DNA from: a candidate division FCPU426 bacterium
GTDB lineage: Bacteria > Oederibacteriota > Muellerivitia > Muellerivitales > Muellerivitaceae
NCBI GenBank assembly: GCA_963796105.1
Contig: CAWCKJ010000003.1
Coordinates: 854,341-918,340, forward strand
Direction of reading: 5' to 3'
DNA: 64,000 bases
Positions 26,964 to 37,787 of the stretch are shown here, in pieces. Within the stretch, counting starts at the first letter, position 1. Every line of letters begins with the position of its first letter. Made by a program: the position numbers and the translations under genes. Below the pieces are notes generated by a model. That model had not been told where the DNA came from. It saw only the letters and a list, made by a program, of their open reading frames with translations, and did not search any database.

Positions 26964-29507
26964 TTACTTTGAATACACGTTCACGGCGCAAGCGCCACTA
27001 TCGGCTACATACAGGTTATCAGAAGTATCCACCCACAAGAGTTGGGGATAATTTGCCGCGTAACCGCCCAAATTGGTTCCCAGTGAATTTGAATAATAAA
27101 CAAAGTTGTCCTGGCTGGTCGTATAGGTAATGTTGCTGTAAATCGTCGCGTACCAATTAAAAAACAAGTTCCCCTGCGAATCCACCGCGACACTGGTGGT
27201 TGGGGAAGTTTCCGTGACGGGTGAAAAAGCCGTTGGAACACCAAAACCTCTCACATATTTATATTGGGGGTTGAATTCATAGATAACATTAGGAAGCGAG
27301 TATCCGGCTTCAGCGACATAAATATTCCCGATTGGGTCCACGGCTAAATCGCATGGCTTGCCATAAAATCCCGTTGTTTGATTCAAAACCGTGTCATTTT
27401 CCCAGGAAAGATTTAAAACCGTTCCGCTGAATTGGTCGGTAACCACCAAATTCCCGCTGGGGTCGATCTTGACTCCGTAGGGATTGATGACAGTTCCCTG
27501 TCCCGTCCAAGTGTAATCATAGGTGGCACTGCTGGGTGAAAGGTAATGGCCGACCACACATCCGGTAACCGCATAGGATAAACCCCCTAATGAGGTATAC
27601 CCGTTTAGAGTGGACACATTCACGGCGGAATAAAGCTCCCCATGGTCGTCAATGGCCACGCCCGTCACAGCCCCTGACGCGTTGGGGATGACCGAGTAAA
27701 GCGATACGCCCTGGCTGTTGTAAACAAGGACTGTTGCCCCGCCGTTACTCACGGCGATATAACCATTCGCCGCCGCGACACCCATCGGGCAATAGCCGGC
27801 TGGCAACAGTATCGAGAGAATTTGGCTACCCAAGGGATAGGCGGTGGGCGTCACCGTAGGGGATGACGAGGGTGTCGAAGTTTTCGTCGGGGTAGGGGTC
27901 GCGGTGTTGAAATTAACAGGCGTAGGAGTATTGGTGTAATGGGCCAAATACGTCAAGGTCGGGGTGGGAGTCCCGGACGGGGTATAGGTGGCGGAACCGG
28001 TGGGCGTGGGCGTCGGACTGTTGGTGATGGTACGGGTGGGCGTGAGGGTGGGGGTGTTCGTGACGGTAGTGGTTGGAGTAATGGTCGGCGTGGTGTTGAG
28101 CGTGATCGTCACATCATCGATCCAAAGATCAAGCCCACTGGTACCGGAAATCTGTACATATAGTTTCTGGACATTCGTCCAGGAATTCGGGCGCAGGGCC
28201 GCCGTCACTTGGGTCCAATTGGTGGCACTAGCGGCTGTCGTATATTCGGAACGGTTCTGACCGTTACTGGTATCGTAAACCTGGATTGTGCCTCCCCTAT
28301 AGGCGGATACTTTGTAATAAAAACTGATGGTGCTTCCGGGCGGTATCGTGACAGGGGCGTTGCTGAAATCCAATCCGATATCTGCCGCACCCCCTGCCAA
28401 AGGAATAATTGCTTCCAGGGAATCCGGTGAGTTGTTGTAATTGGTTGAATCTAATTGGAGATTGGTTCCCAGCGGGCAAGACCAAACCGACCAGCACTGT
28501 AGGTTCGTATCCTCGGGGTCGAAGGTGTATGAAGACAGGAAAGCCGCGCTCCCCGGGTAACATGCCGTTGGCACCGGCGGTATCACCGTCACGGGCGTGT
28601 TGGTGGAAGTAATGGTTGGCGTGATGGTATTGGTATTGGTGGCCGTGTTTGACGGAGTGGCGGTCAAGGTACCGGGGGGAAAAGTCCAAGTGTAGGTCGG
28701 TGTTTCCAGGATGGTTACGGGAGTATCGGTGGGAATTGGTGTATCAGTAGAAGTGGATGTCAAAGTATTGGTTATCGTATTTGTCAAAGTGTTCGTGGGG
28801 GTCGCAGTCAAGGTGCCAGGCGGAAAGGTTGAGGTATAAGTCGGTGTTTCAAAGATGGTCACGGGAGTATCGGTTGGCATGGGAGTATCCGTGGATGTCG
28901 CAGTAAAACTAATTGTTATGGTATTGGTCAAAGTGTTCGTGGGAGTTGCGGTCAATGTTCCCGGGGGAAAGGTTGATGTATAAGTCGGCGTTTCCAGTAT
29001 GGTTACGGGAGTATCTGTAGAAGTAAAAGTAGGAGTTAGGAATGTGGAAGTAGGAGTTGTAGTAGGCGTGGCGGTCAATGTACCTGGGGGGAAAGTATAA
29101 GTATTGGTCGGGGTTTCCAGGATGGTGACGGGCGTATCGGTGGGCATGGGAGTATCCGTGGATGTCGCAGTAAAAGTAATCGTTATGGTATTGGTCAAAG
29201 TGTTCGTGGGTGTCGCGGTCAATGTTCCCGGGGGGAAAGTGTAAGTATTGGTCGGCGTTTCCAGTATGGTCACGGGAGTGTTTGTAGAAGTAAAAGTAGG
29301 AGTTAGGAATGTGGAAGTAGGGGTTGTAGTCTGTGTGGAGGTCAAGGTTCCGGGAGGAAAGGTCGGTGAGTTAGTGGCTGTGACTAGGACGGTGACGGGT
29401 TGGGTGACTGTGACAGGCGAGGAGGGTCCGGTGGAATTGTTCGAGCAGGCGATGGGAATCACTGATCCTATAATGAAGATGTAAACCCAAATTGATTTGA
29501 TTCCCAT
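26964..29507 (-). CDS. Lipoprotein: Thr repeat stalk, CBM-like beta-sandwich, NHL-like propeller
   Basis: Lipobox PIAC; 6 stalk units shared with 23299..26388; NWTQVT...LWIDDVTI; PYGVKIDPSGNLVVTD, NLYVADSG. Confidence 0.85.
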   Translation of the reverse strand: MGIKSIWVYIFIIGSVIPIACSNNSTGPSSPVTVTQPVTVLVTATNSPTFPPGTLTSTQTTTPTSTFLTPTFTSTNTPVTILETPTNTYTFPPGTLTATPTNTLTNTITITFTATSTDTPMPTDTPVTILETPTNTYTFPPGTLTATPTTTPTSTFLTPTFTSTDTPVTILETPTYTSTFPPGTLTATPTNTLTNTITISFTATSTDTPMPTDTPVTIFETPTYTSTFPPGTLTATPTNTLTNTITNTLTSTSTDTPIPTDTPVTILETPTYTWTFPPGTLTATPSNTATNTNTITPTITSTNTPVTVIPPVPTACYPGSAAFLSSYTFDPEDTNLQCWSVWSCPLGTNLQLDSTNYNNSPDSLEAIIPLAGGAADIGLDFSNAPVTIPPGSTISFYYKVSAYRGGTIQVYDTSNGQNRSEYTTAASATNWTQVTAALRPNSWTNVQKLYVQISGTSGLDLWIDDVTITLNTTPTITPTTTVTNTPTLTPTRTITNSPTPTPTGSATYTPSGTPTPTLTYLAHYTNTPTPVNFNTATPTPTKTSTPSSSPTVTPTAYPLGSQILSILLPAGYCPMGVAAANGYIAVSNGGATVLVYNSQGVSLYSVIPNASGAVTGVAIDDHGELYSAVNVSTLNGYTSLGGLSYAVTGCVVGHYLSPSSATYDYTWTGQGTVINPYGVKIDPSGNLVVTDQFSGTVLNLSWENDTVLNQTTGFYGKPCDLAVDPIGNIYVAEAGYSLPNVIYEFNPQYKYVRGFGVPTAFSPVTETSPTTSVAVDSQGNLFFNWYATIYSNITYTTSQDNFVYYSNSLGTNLGGYAANYPQLLWVDTSDNLYVADSGACAVNVYSK

Positions 29508-29682
29508 TACGGCCCCTGAAATTATTAATTAACAAAATCGGCCTCATGTTAAAGGTAACCGCCAAACCCAGCAAGACAAATGTCATAATTCATCATTACC
29601 AAGTTACCACCGGTAACCAGTTAATTTGTGGGGGTTGATCCAAGTGACGCCCTCTCTTAGTCGAGAGCGCTTACTCACGAAT

Positions 29683-29714
29683 AAAAAAAGGGCCCCGCGA
29701 AAAACGGAGCCCTT
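29683..29714 (-). terminator. Probable rho-independent terminator
   Basis: AAGGGCCCCG...CGGAGCCCTT hairpin plus T run on the minus strand; similar to 23231-23261. Confidence 0.65.
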
Positions 29715-29887
29715 CCTGAAGCAAAAACCCGGATAGTTAAACCCGGGAATTTATCACTTCTATTAAAAATTTGTTATAACCACAGGTTCCTTCGGAACCA
29801 CAAAGGTATAGTAAAATTAAAAAATTCTACTGACTTCAAACCAATAAAGCTTCACAAGTTTCGAAGTACCACAGTAATAAATACTAA

Positions 29888-30271
29888 TTATTGAAGCGAC
29901 TTGATCAGCTCGTTCTTCTGGTCCGCGGAAATATCCTTCCCGCTGTTCTGACGCGAGAAACCCAAGGCCTTGCGCCGGACTTCCATCAGCTTGATCTTCT
30001 TGTCCCTGGCCTCCTGCTTGGTCAACTTCCCCGCTCGGTAATCCTTGGTTACCTGGGCCATCTTTTCCCTCAACTGGGTGTTGAAAGCCGAGAAATTAGG
30101 TTTTTTGGAAACGGCGTCAGTACCCTTGCTTTGAAGGAAAGTCGGCGTTGTCCTAGGAAAAGCCTGCTTATTTTGCGCGAAAACCGGGGTGCTTCCCGGA
30201 AAAACAGATTTGTTTTGCGCGAAAGCTGGAACTGCCAGGCAAAGCGCCGTAATCATAATATATTTTCTCAT
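29888..30271 (-). CDS. Small basic secreted protein with a 14-aa internal repeat
   Basis: AAGGAGG RBS; MRKYIMITALCLAVPAFA-QNK; AFAQNKSVFPGSTP/VFAQNKQAFPRTTP. Confidence 0.72.
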   Translation of the reverse strand: MRKYIMITALCLAVPAFAQNKSVFPGSTPVFAQNKQAFPRTTPTFLQSKGTDAVSKKPNFSAFNTQLREKMAQVTKDYRAGKLTKQEARDKKIKLMEVRRKALGFSRQNSGKDISADQKNELIKSLQ

Positions 30272-30312
30272 CGTATTCCTCCTTGAGTTAATCACAGCCG
30301 TCGCGCGACCCA

Positions 30313-33300
30313 TCAATGGGCCACTACAACTTTACCGACCTTGGTTTCCTTGACGCTTTCGTCATAGGCCTGGAAGGCGTAAATATACAACCCGCTTGCG
30401 ACCCCCTCGCCGGACTGGTTGTTGAGGTCCCAAACTTGTGTGTGTTTCCCAGGTTCACCTTGGAAAACCCATTGGCGGACCAACTCGCCCGTCAGCGAGT
30501 AAACGCTAAGCGTCAACCCCGCCGTCTTCTTCAAGTTATAGAGGAACTTGACCGGTGTCCCTGCCTTGGAAAGGCTCGGCGCCGGGATAACTGACGAGAT
30601 CAGCACCCCAGGGGCGGGAGTCAAGGTACTGGTCGGGGTGCTCTTGGGGCCCTTCACGTCGTTGGACAATACCCCCGAGGCCGGCATGGCGGAACTTCCG
30701 GACGTCGTGGACGGCGTGGCAGTCGGAGTGGACGTTTTGGTCGGCGTCCTGGTCGCGGTCGGAGTGGACGTCCTCGTGGGCGTGCGCGTCGGCGTGATCG
30801 TCGGCGAATTCGTCTTGGTCGGCGTCCAAGTGGGCGTACGCGTCACCGTAGGCGTATTCGTCTTCGTAGGCGTGGAGGTGTTCGTCCTTGTCGGCGTAAT
30901 CGTCGGCGAATTCGTCTTGGTCGGCGTCCAAGTGGGCGTCCGGGTGATCGTCGGCGTATTCGTCTTCGTGGGCGTGTAAGTGTTCGTCCTCGTCGGCGTG
31001 ATTGTGGGCGAATTCGTCTTAGTGGGCGTCCAAGTGGGCGTACGCGTCACCGTCGGCGTGAAAGTATTCGTCCTCGTCGGTGTAATCGTAGGCGTGTTGG
31101 TGATGGTGTGCGTTGGTGTCGCCGTGAAGGTGTTGGTAGGCGTCTTGGTAGGCGTGGGCGTGTTGGTTGTCGTCGGCGTATTGGTAGGCGTTGGAGTATT
31201 GGTGGCCGTTTTCGTCGGCGTAGGTGTGTTGGTGGCAGTTTGCGTCGGCGACTGTGTCAGGGTCGATGTCCAAGTCGGCGTCGCAGTCGGCGTCGGCGTT
31301 GGAGCCCCGCAGGCGAAGGAACAATTGCCGAATTGCGAAAGAATATCAGACCCGCTGTCCGACACGAAGAATTGATTGCCCCCAACCGCTATACCCTGAG
31401 TGTTCCCAAAAGAACCGTAATACTGGCCGCCCTCAAAGGCGGTCAGGAAATTGCCGCTCAGGTCAAACACCCCGACGGATCCGAATCCGTCCGTCACGAA
31501 CACCTCGCAATTGTTTACAGCGATGAAGTTCGCCGTCACGAGCGGCGTCCCCTGAGTCACGTTCCAGGAATTCAATAAGGTATAACCGCTCCCTGATGGG
31601 CTAAAAACCTGTACCAGGCCAGTTCCGAAATCGGCCACATATACGTTGGAGTTCTGGTCCAAGGCCACCCCAACAGGCAGGCTGAAGGGAGTCTGCCCAT
31701 TGGCCACGACGAGAGACCAATTGTCAGTCCCATTTGCCTGATCCAACTGAACCCGTTGGTTATTCGTGTCAGCCACGAAAACGTTCGTTACGGATCCTGA
31801 AATAGTAACAGCAATACCCGAGGGGCCGTTGAAATAGCCCGGCCCTGTCCCAATGCCATTACCATACGTTTTATAAGTTGAATATGAGGAGGCGTTGCTG
31901 AACTCAAACACCTGGCAATTACCTTGATCGGTGACGTAAACATTGCTTCCTGCATCCAGCGCGATTCCCATGGGATAACCCAAGGCACCGTAACCAAATG
32001 AACCGGTGTAATAACCACCTCCGCTGTAAACGCCTCCATACACGTCAAGATTCAAATCATCCGCCGCGAAAAAGTTATTTCCAGCCGGATCTGTGGCAAC
32101 GCCCTCGAAACCATTGTACCCAAATGCCCAACCCGTTTGACACGAAGCCAAGTTCACCGGTTTGGGTGTGGGTGTCGGTGTCAATGCCATCGAAGGTGAG
32201 GCAAGACCCACCCACACGGAATTCCAGTCTGGATAACCAGGATAACCATCGCTGGCGGTCCCGCCCAAAAGCCAGGGCATGCCGTTGTAAACCACGGCGC
32301 CATAGGAAAGCCCGGCAGGGAAATTTCCCGATTGATGACCCCAGTTATTCGCCACTGGATCGTAAATATAAACGTCGTTGTAGTCGGTATAGCCGCCGAA
32401 ATGGGCCCAAAGCCCGTCGGTCAACCATAATTTGTTGTTGTAGGCGAAAAAGTTGTAATCCCAGCGCCTAGTGATGCCCGTGTCCCCCACCTGGGTCCAA
32501 TTCAACCCCGTCGTATCGGACTCCCACAGCACCAAGTCCGTCCCGTTGTCCTGCAAGCCCCACATGTGCGTCACACCGGACGAGTCCGGCATCGTGGCCA
32601 CTCCCCCGAACATCGCGGGCAGAGAAATCACCGAACTCCATGCGCTTCCATCTGTCTTCGTCGAGTAACACTCATCGGGCCCGCTGAACACCCACATAGC
32701 GTTGTTAAAGACCGTTCCCACGCAGTCCCCTGTAAACCCGATATTGGCAGTTGGATTGTTCCATGTTCTTCCATCAGGTGAACTCCAAACATCACTGAAA
32801 AACGTATTGTAATTGTCCCCGCCAATCACCCACATCTGCCCGTTATAGTTCAGGCACGCGTACAACTCCCTCGGGGAATACTTGTTAAAAGGATAATTCA
32901 TCGGTATCAGGCTCCAATTCACACCGTCTCCCGAACTCCAAACGTCATTGTTGAATTGATACTGCCCCAGCGAGCCTCCCAAGACCCACATCTGGCCCCC
33001 GAACGACACAGCCCCGAAATTTGCCTGCGGCTCGAATACCTCGTTCGTCGCCAAATGGTTCCAACTGCTCCCATTCGCTGGACCGCTAACTGCGGGGGTT
33101 GGAGTTGGCGTAGGAGTAGGTTGGCAAGAGCCCACCCACACGGAATTCCAGTCTGGATAACCAGGATAACCATCGCTGGCGGTCCCGCCCAAAAGCCAGG
33201 GCATGCCGTTGTAAACCACGGCGCCATAGGAAAGCCCGGCAGGGAAATTTCCCGATTGATGACCCCAGTTATTCGCCACTGGATCGTAAATATAAACGTC

Positions 33301-35925
33301 GTTGTAGTCGGTATAGCCGCCGAAATGGGCCCAAAGCCCGTCGGTCAACCATAATTTGTTGTTGTAGGCGAAAAAGTTGTAATCCCAGCGCCTAGTGATG
33401 CCCGTGTCCCCCACCTGGGTCCAATTCAACCCCGTCGTATCGGACTCCCACAGCACCAAGTCCGTCCCGTTGTCCTGCAAGCCCCACATGTGCGTCACAC
33501 CGGACGAGTCCGGCATCGTGGCCACTCCCCCGAACATCGCGGGCAGAGAAATCACCGAACTCCATGCGCTTCCATCTGTCTTCGTCGAGTAACACTCATC
33601 GGGCCCGCTGAACACCCACATAGCGTTGTTAAAGACCGTTCCCACGCAGTCCCCTGTAAACCCGATATTGGCAGTTGGATTGTTCCATGTTCTTCCATCA
33701 GGTGAACTCCAAACATCACTGAAAAACGTATTGTAATTGTCCCCGCCAATCACCCACATCTGCCCGTTATAGTTCAGGCACGCGTACAACTCCCTCGGGG
33801 AATACTTGTTAAAAGGATAATTCATCGGTATCAGGCTCCAATTCACACCGTCTCCCGAACTCCAAACGTCATTGTTGAATTGATACTGCCCCAGCGAGCC
33901 TCCCAAGACCCACATCTGGCCCCCGAACGACACAGCCCCGAAATTTGCCTGCGGCTCGAATACCTCGTTCGTCGCCAATTGGTTCCAGGATTTCCCATTC
34001 GCTACACAGGAGGACTGGGTCGGTTGAGAGGCTATGGCTCCAACCAAATCGTTGATCAGGTTTCCCGCAGGACTTCCCCAACCGGTGCAAAGGTCATATC
34101 CTTTTACTGCGGAGAAATAATACGTGTAATCATTTTGGAGGTTATTGTTTCCGGTGATGACGTCATTGAAATCGCTATTGTAATTGGGGCCCTGTCCGAT
34201 GGAGTAAACGGCAGGATTAATGAAACCAATCGGGGGGAAGTTCTCATTCGCTGCCTGCTGGTTCACTAGAGATGTATAAGCCGCCCAAAGGGGCGCCGCG
34301 GCGCTGGTGCCTGATATCCAACTGGAATTACCAGTACCCGTAGGAGGATTTCCAAATCCATCCGAGATAAGCAATATATCTGTTGCAACCATCGACACAT
34401 CCGGATAGTTCCTAGCGGCGACTGACCCGCCGTTAGTGGCCATGGATATGAGTGACTGATAAGAGGGTATTGGTAGCAGATTTACACCTGTATAAGGATT
34501 GAAAGCGATTCCGCCCCCCGAGGCTCCGCCATTCGAGTCATTCCAAGTAGTCTCTGACACATAGCTGATATAGGGGGGATTGCTTCCCGGGCCATTAGAC
34601 GTTAATTGCGTCCCGCCGACCGCGGTAATATAGGGGCTTAAAGACAATGGAAGTGGCGGTAACACGTTGGCATTGTTGAGTCCAAAGGCCCCGTAGTCGG
34701 TTGATGCTTGAAAGAAGGATTGGCCCTGCAAAACCATTTCGGAAAATAAATTCGCGGTTGTCTCATCGCCAAATCCAGTCCAGGAACTGCTAATCTCATT
34801 GCAAAGGGGGGGCGTTACAATAGCCTCATAGATTTCATTCGCTGTGACATCCGGATTTGAAGTGTCAGAACCCAGGTAGACAACCAATTGGGCGCCCGGA
34901 GCCATGGAAACCACCATCTCGATATCCAATGAAACTTCCGTATTTGAACAATTATCAGGGCAACCGCTGGTATTAACAGTACCGTCATAGCCGCCAACTA
35001 AAATGGAAATTGGCGCGGGCGCCGAGAACTGCGGTTTGGCGTGACTTTCATAATAATTGATGTCATTAAGGTAATACCCGCCGACCTCAAATAAACCGAC
35101 ACTTTGACCCGCACCAGTCAAGTTCGACCACGCGCTTGGGACATAGGCATCTCGAAAATCCTGGCCGTAATACAAACCTGTTGACCCATCCGTGGCGCCG
35201 GTTCCAGTCCCAGTGGATTTAGTCAACTTGCTAGCGGTATTCCCCGTTAAATTATTTTTGTTTTCCGAAGTTGCTGGATTTTTCAAATGATAATTATGGC
35301 TCATGCGATGGAAGTTATCCAATCCACTGATGTGGTGGACTGGAATATCCAGGTCCAAAGAGGGCTCTTGATCCAACGCATAAAAGAAGCTTCCGTCCTC
35401 ACGCTTGTAATTATTCAAATTCACATGGAACGCCCTTTGGATGTCTGACACACTCCCGGCCACTTCTACCATCAAACGGTTAGGATGGGTCTTGGTCACG
35501 GACAGGTTGTTGGATTTAACGAAATTGACGACGGCCTGGTAATCCTGCTGGGTGGGGCCGAACATCTCGGTGAACTTCTCCGGCTTCAGGAAATGGCGGT
35601 AATTGGGACTTTTAGGGTCATAAAGAGTTTTAAGCAAGTAATTCATCGCTTCCTGGTTTCGAAGGGGAAGGCCGATGGCTAAATGCAATTGGGTCTCGCC
35701 CGGCAAGGCACCCGCCAAAGGCGCGTTCGCGAATTCAGCGAGGCGGTGGTTTTTCAATTGTTGGTGCCCGGCTGTCCGACCCGGAGTTTGGGCCCCGAGA
35801 AGAAAGCACAAGGCGAGGGCCAAGAGAATAAGATTTTTCCCAGGAGAGAAAAACCGCTGGGAGGATTTCAACCTATTGGAATTTTTCCACGGAGCAAAAT
35901 GACGGGAACCTGAAGGGACTTGCAT
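30313..35925 (-). CDS. Secreted S53 (sedolisin/kumamolisin-like) protease with 2 Kelch propellers, NHL domain, Thr stalk and FlgD-Ig-like C-terminal domain
   Basis: Prodomain ([22 protein letters not shown]); [30 protein letters not shown]-terminal [28 protein letters not shown]. Confidence 0.9.
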   Translation of the reverse strand: MQVPSGSRHFAPWKNSNRLKSSQRFFSPGKNLILLALALCFLLGAQTPGRTAGHQQLKNHRLAEFANAPLAGALPGETQLHLAIGLPLRNQEAMNYLLKTLYDPKSPNYRHFLKPEKFTEMFGPTQQDYQAVVNFVKSNNLSVTKTHPNRLMVEVAGSVSDIQRAFHVNLNNYKREDGSFFYALDQEPSLDLDIPVHHISGLDNFHRMSHNYHLKNPATSENKNNLTGNTASKLTKSTGTGTGATDGSTGLYYGQDFRDAYVPSAWSNLTGAGQSVGLFEVGGYYLNDINYYESHAKPQFSAPAPISILVGGYDGTVNTSGCPDNCSNTEVSLDIEMVVSMAPGAQLVVYLGSDTSNPDVTANEIYEAIVTPPLCNEISSSWTGFGDETTANLFSEMVLQGQSFFQASTDYGAFGLNNANVLPPLPLSLSPYITAVGGTQLTSNGPGSNPPYISYVSETTWNDSNGGASGGGIAFNPYTGVNLLPIPSYQSLISMATNGGSVAARNYPDVSMVATDILLISDGFGNPPTGTGNSSWISGTSAAAPLWAAYTSLVNQQAANENFPPIGFINPAVYSIGQGPNYNSDFNDVITGNNNLQNDYTYYFSAVKGYDLCTGWGSPAGNLINDLVGAIASQPTQSSCVANGKSWNQLATNEVFEPQANFGAVSFGGQMWVLGGSLGQYQFNNDVWSSGDGVNWSLIPMNYPFNKYSPRELYACLNYNGQMWVIGGDNYNTFFSDVWSSPDGRTWNNPTANIGFTGDCVGTVFNNAMWVFSGPDECYSTKTDGSAWSSVISLPAMFGGVATMPDSSGVTHMWGLQDNGTDLVLWESDTTGLNWTQVGDTGITRRWDYNFFAYNNKLWLTDGLWAHFGGYTDYNDVYIYDPVANNWGHQSGNFPAGLSYGAVVYNGMPWLLGGTASDGYPGYPDWNSVWVGSCQPTPTPTPTPAVSGPANGSSWNHLATNEVFEPQANFGAVSFGGQMWVLGGSLGQYQFNNDVWSSGDGVNWSLIPMNYPFNKYSPRELYACLNYNGQMWVIGGDNYNTFFSDVWSSPDGRTWNNPTANIGFTGDCVGTVFNNAMWVFSGPDECYSTKTDGSAWSSVISLPAMFGGVATMPDSSGVTHMWGLQDNGTDLVLWESDTTGLNWTQVGDTGITRRWDYNFFAYNNKLWLTDGLWAHFGGYTDYNDVYIYDPVANNWGHQSGNFPAGLSYGAVVYNGMPWLLGGTASDGYPGYPDWNSVWVGLASPSMALTPTPTPKPVNLASCQTGWAFGYNGFEGVATDPAGNNFFAADDLNLDVYGGVYSGGGYYTGSFGYGALGYPMGIALDAGSNVYVTDQGNCQVFEFSNASSYSTYKTYGNGIGTGPGYFNGPSGIAVTISGSVTNVFVADTNNQRVQLDQANGTDNWSLVVANGQTPFSLPVGVALDQNSNVYVADFGTGLVQVFSPSGSGYTLLNSWNVTQGTPLVTANFIAVNNCEVFVTDGFGSVGVFDLSGNFLTAFEGGQYYGSFGNTQGIAVGGNQFFVSDSGSDILSQFGNCSFACGAPTPTPTATPTWTSTLTQSPTQTATNTPTPTKTATNTPTPTNTPTTTNTPTPTKTPTNTFTATPTHTITNTPTITPTRTNTFTPTVTRTPTWTPTKTNSPTITPTRTNTYTPTKTNTPTITRTPTWTPTKTNSPTITPTRTNTSTPTKTNTPTVTRTPTWTPTKTNSPTITPTRTPTRTSTPTATRTPTKTSTPTATPSTTSGSSAMPASGVLSNDVKGPKSTPTSTLTPAPGVLISSVIPAPSLSKAGTPVKFLYNLKKTAGLTLSVYSLTGELVRQWVFQGEPGKHTQVWDLNNQSGEGVASGLYIYAFQAYDESVKETKVGKVVVAH
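32207..33978. repeat. Intragenic tandem duplication (924-bp period)
   Basis: 32207-33054 appears identical to 33131-33978. Confidence 0.9.
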
Positions 35926-36321
35926 GACTGCCTCCTCAATATCGTTGACTTCAACCGGTGTTGCCAAGATGAATCAGCGCCAAAGACATTTTTTTAAAAA
36001 AATATCAGGTGAGGACAAGCGGGCGTAATTATATTCACGCGTTTGTAAAATGCAAATCAAATGAGGTTAATTCTGTTGAAATTCCAGATTAATGTTTTCC
36101 TAAACCTGGAAAATCTCAGACAAGTGACAAGTCGTAGCTATTGAAAAAATATTTACTGAAAATCGATTTCGGTTTTTTTAACGTGTAAACCAACGGCTCG
36201 TGGTTGAGCCGATCAGGGCGAAAATATTTGTAACGATTTTAGAGAAGGAAATTTTTGTGCACTTTTAGCGTTTGAAGGTTTTTCGTGAAACCTTTTAATG
36301 GATACGAGAGGAAAAGTTTTT

Positions 36322-36864
36322 TTACTTAGCGGATGGAGTGACGGCGATGGGGTTGGTCCTGACACTTGGATCGGCTGGATCTCGCGGGGCATCCAGGACT
36401 CCCTGCACCTGGTCCCCCGGCTTGGCGCCGTTGGAGGTGAACCAGCCGGTATTCATTTCCAGGGCGTACTTGGCGGGGCCCGCCGACTCAAAGGGGTTCT
36501 CGGTCATCGGCGGCATTTCCCATAGGTTGAGAATGATCCCCTTTTCGTCAATGAAGGCGATGTTCAGGGGAATGAGGGTGTTCTTCATCCAGAAGGCGCG
36601 GGGAGCTGTGTCGGGAAACACGAACAGCATGCCGTCGTCCTTCCCCATTTCCCTTCGGAACATCAGGCCCGTTTCCCTGGTCACCTCGGTGTTGGCCACC
36701 TCAGCCGAGATGGTTTTCCCGTTGATGGACAGATTCACCACCGGCAAACCGGAGGGGGGAACGGCCTTATGGCAGTTAAACCCGCTTAATAATAGGAATA
36801 ATGCCGGAATGGCTACCGCCATTGGCACCCGGAAGAATCTGGTTTGTCGAGTCGGATTCGGCAT
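36322..36864 (-). CDS. DUF192 family protein
   Basis: AEVANT...RETGLMFR...GMLFVF...FWMKNTLIPL...YALEM. Confidence 0.9.
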   Translation of the reverse strand: MPNPTRQTRFFRVPMAVAIPALFLLLSGFNCHKAVPPSGLPVVNLSINGKTISAEVANTEVTRETGLMFRREMGKDDGMLFVFPDTAPRAFWMKNTLIPLNIAFIDEKGIILNLWEMPPMTENPFESAGPAKYALEMNTGWFTSNGAKPGDQVQGVLDAPRDPADPSVRTNPIAVTPSAK

Positions 36865-36952
36865 AATTTATGAACCTTAAGACTGAAATTCGCGGCTCTC
36901 TTTTAGCATACAGCCTTATTCAATAACGGATTTCTATCCAAGCAATTAATAT

Positions 36953-37636
36953 TTATTGGACAGCCCTGTTGAGGAAGCTCATGATCCTCTTCGCGTCGCC
37001 AAAACCCACGATCATTTTAAAATCACTTCTCCCCGGGTACTGAACCACCAGCGTTGGGAATCCCTTTACTTTATATTTATTTTGAATATCAATAACTTCC
37101 CTTGAGTTTTGTCCCACCTCCCGATACCGGTCCATGACCTGGACCGGCACAAAAAGCAAATTGATTCTCGCGGCGCAATCAGGATTATCGAAAACATTCT
37201 TTTTTAATCTCCGGCAGTAACCGCACCATTCCGCCGTCATGTCGTAAAGAATCGGTTTTTGGGTCCTGATGGACTCGGCCAGGCCCTCGGAAGGCTTTCT
37301 CCAGGTAATTTCCCTGGGCGATTCGTCAATTTTAGTTTGGAGTTCCTTGACGAATTGTTTCACTTGGGTGTCCTGGGGCTGCAGGGCTTGGACTTTCTGG
37401 TAATCGGACAAGGCGTAATGGTACTTTTTCATGGAATTAAAACAATTCGCCCTGCCTAAAAGTGCCTGAGCGTTGCTTGGTTCCATTTTAATAGCCGCGT
37501 CAAAATATTGGATGGCTTGCTGGTAATTATTGGAGGCATAAAGCCTTAACCCAGCGTCGCAATACTCCTTAGCGGTGGCGGCATAAACCCTAGAACCAGC
37601 CAAGAGCATCAATATGAAAAGAAAATGTTTTTTCAT
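36953..37636 (-). CDS. Secreted TPR plus thioredoxin-like protein
   Basis: Signal peptide, TPR helices, AEWCGYC, KGFPTLV. Confidence 0.85.
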   Translation of the reverse strand: MKKHFLFILMLLAGSRVYAATAKEYCDAGLRLYASNNYQQAIQYFDAAIKMEPSNAQALLGRANCFNSMKKYHYALSDYQKVQALQPQDTQVKQFVKELQTKIDESPREITWRKPSEGLAESIRTQKPILYDMTAEWCGYCRRLKKNVFDNPDCAARINLLFVPVQVMDRYREVGQNSREVIDIQNKYKVKGFPTLVVQYPGRSDFKMIVGFGDAKRIMSFLNRAVQ

Positions 37637-37787
37637 TAGTCCAGCTCCTTTACATAGGACAGATGAACTCAACCCATCATTTATTCGCTAAATCCCCATA
37701 TTCAATACGGTTAAGCCTCGCTAATGGCGGATCGCGGTTAGTCATCATTTATAAGTGACCAACCGCGAACCTTTTTCCTATCAGATT

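Noticed and set aside
2954..31375. Val/Gly-rich ORFs (e.g. 2954, 3323, 16921, 23810, 24734, 30548, 30980)
   Set aside because: Antisense shadows of the Thr/Pro codon repeats
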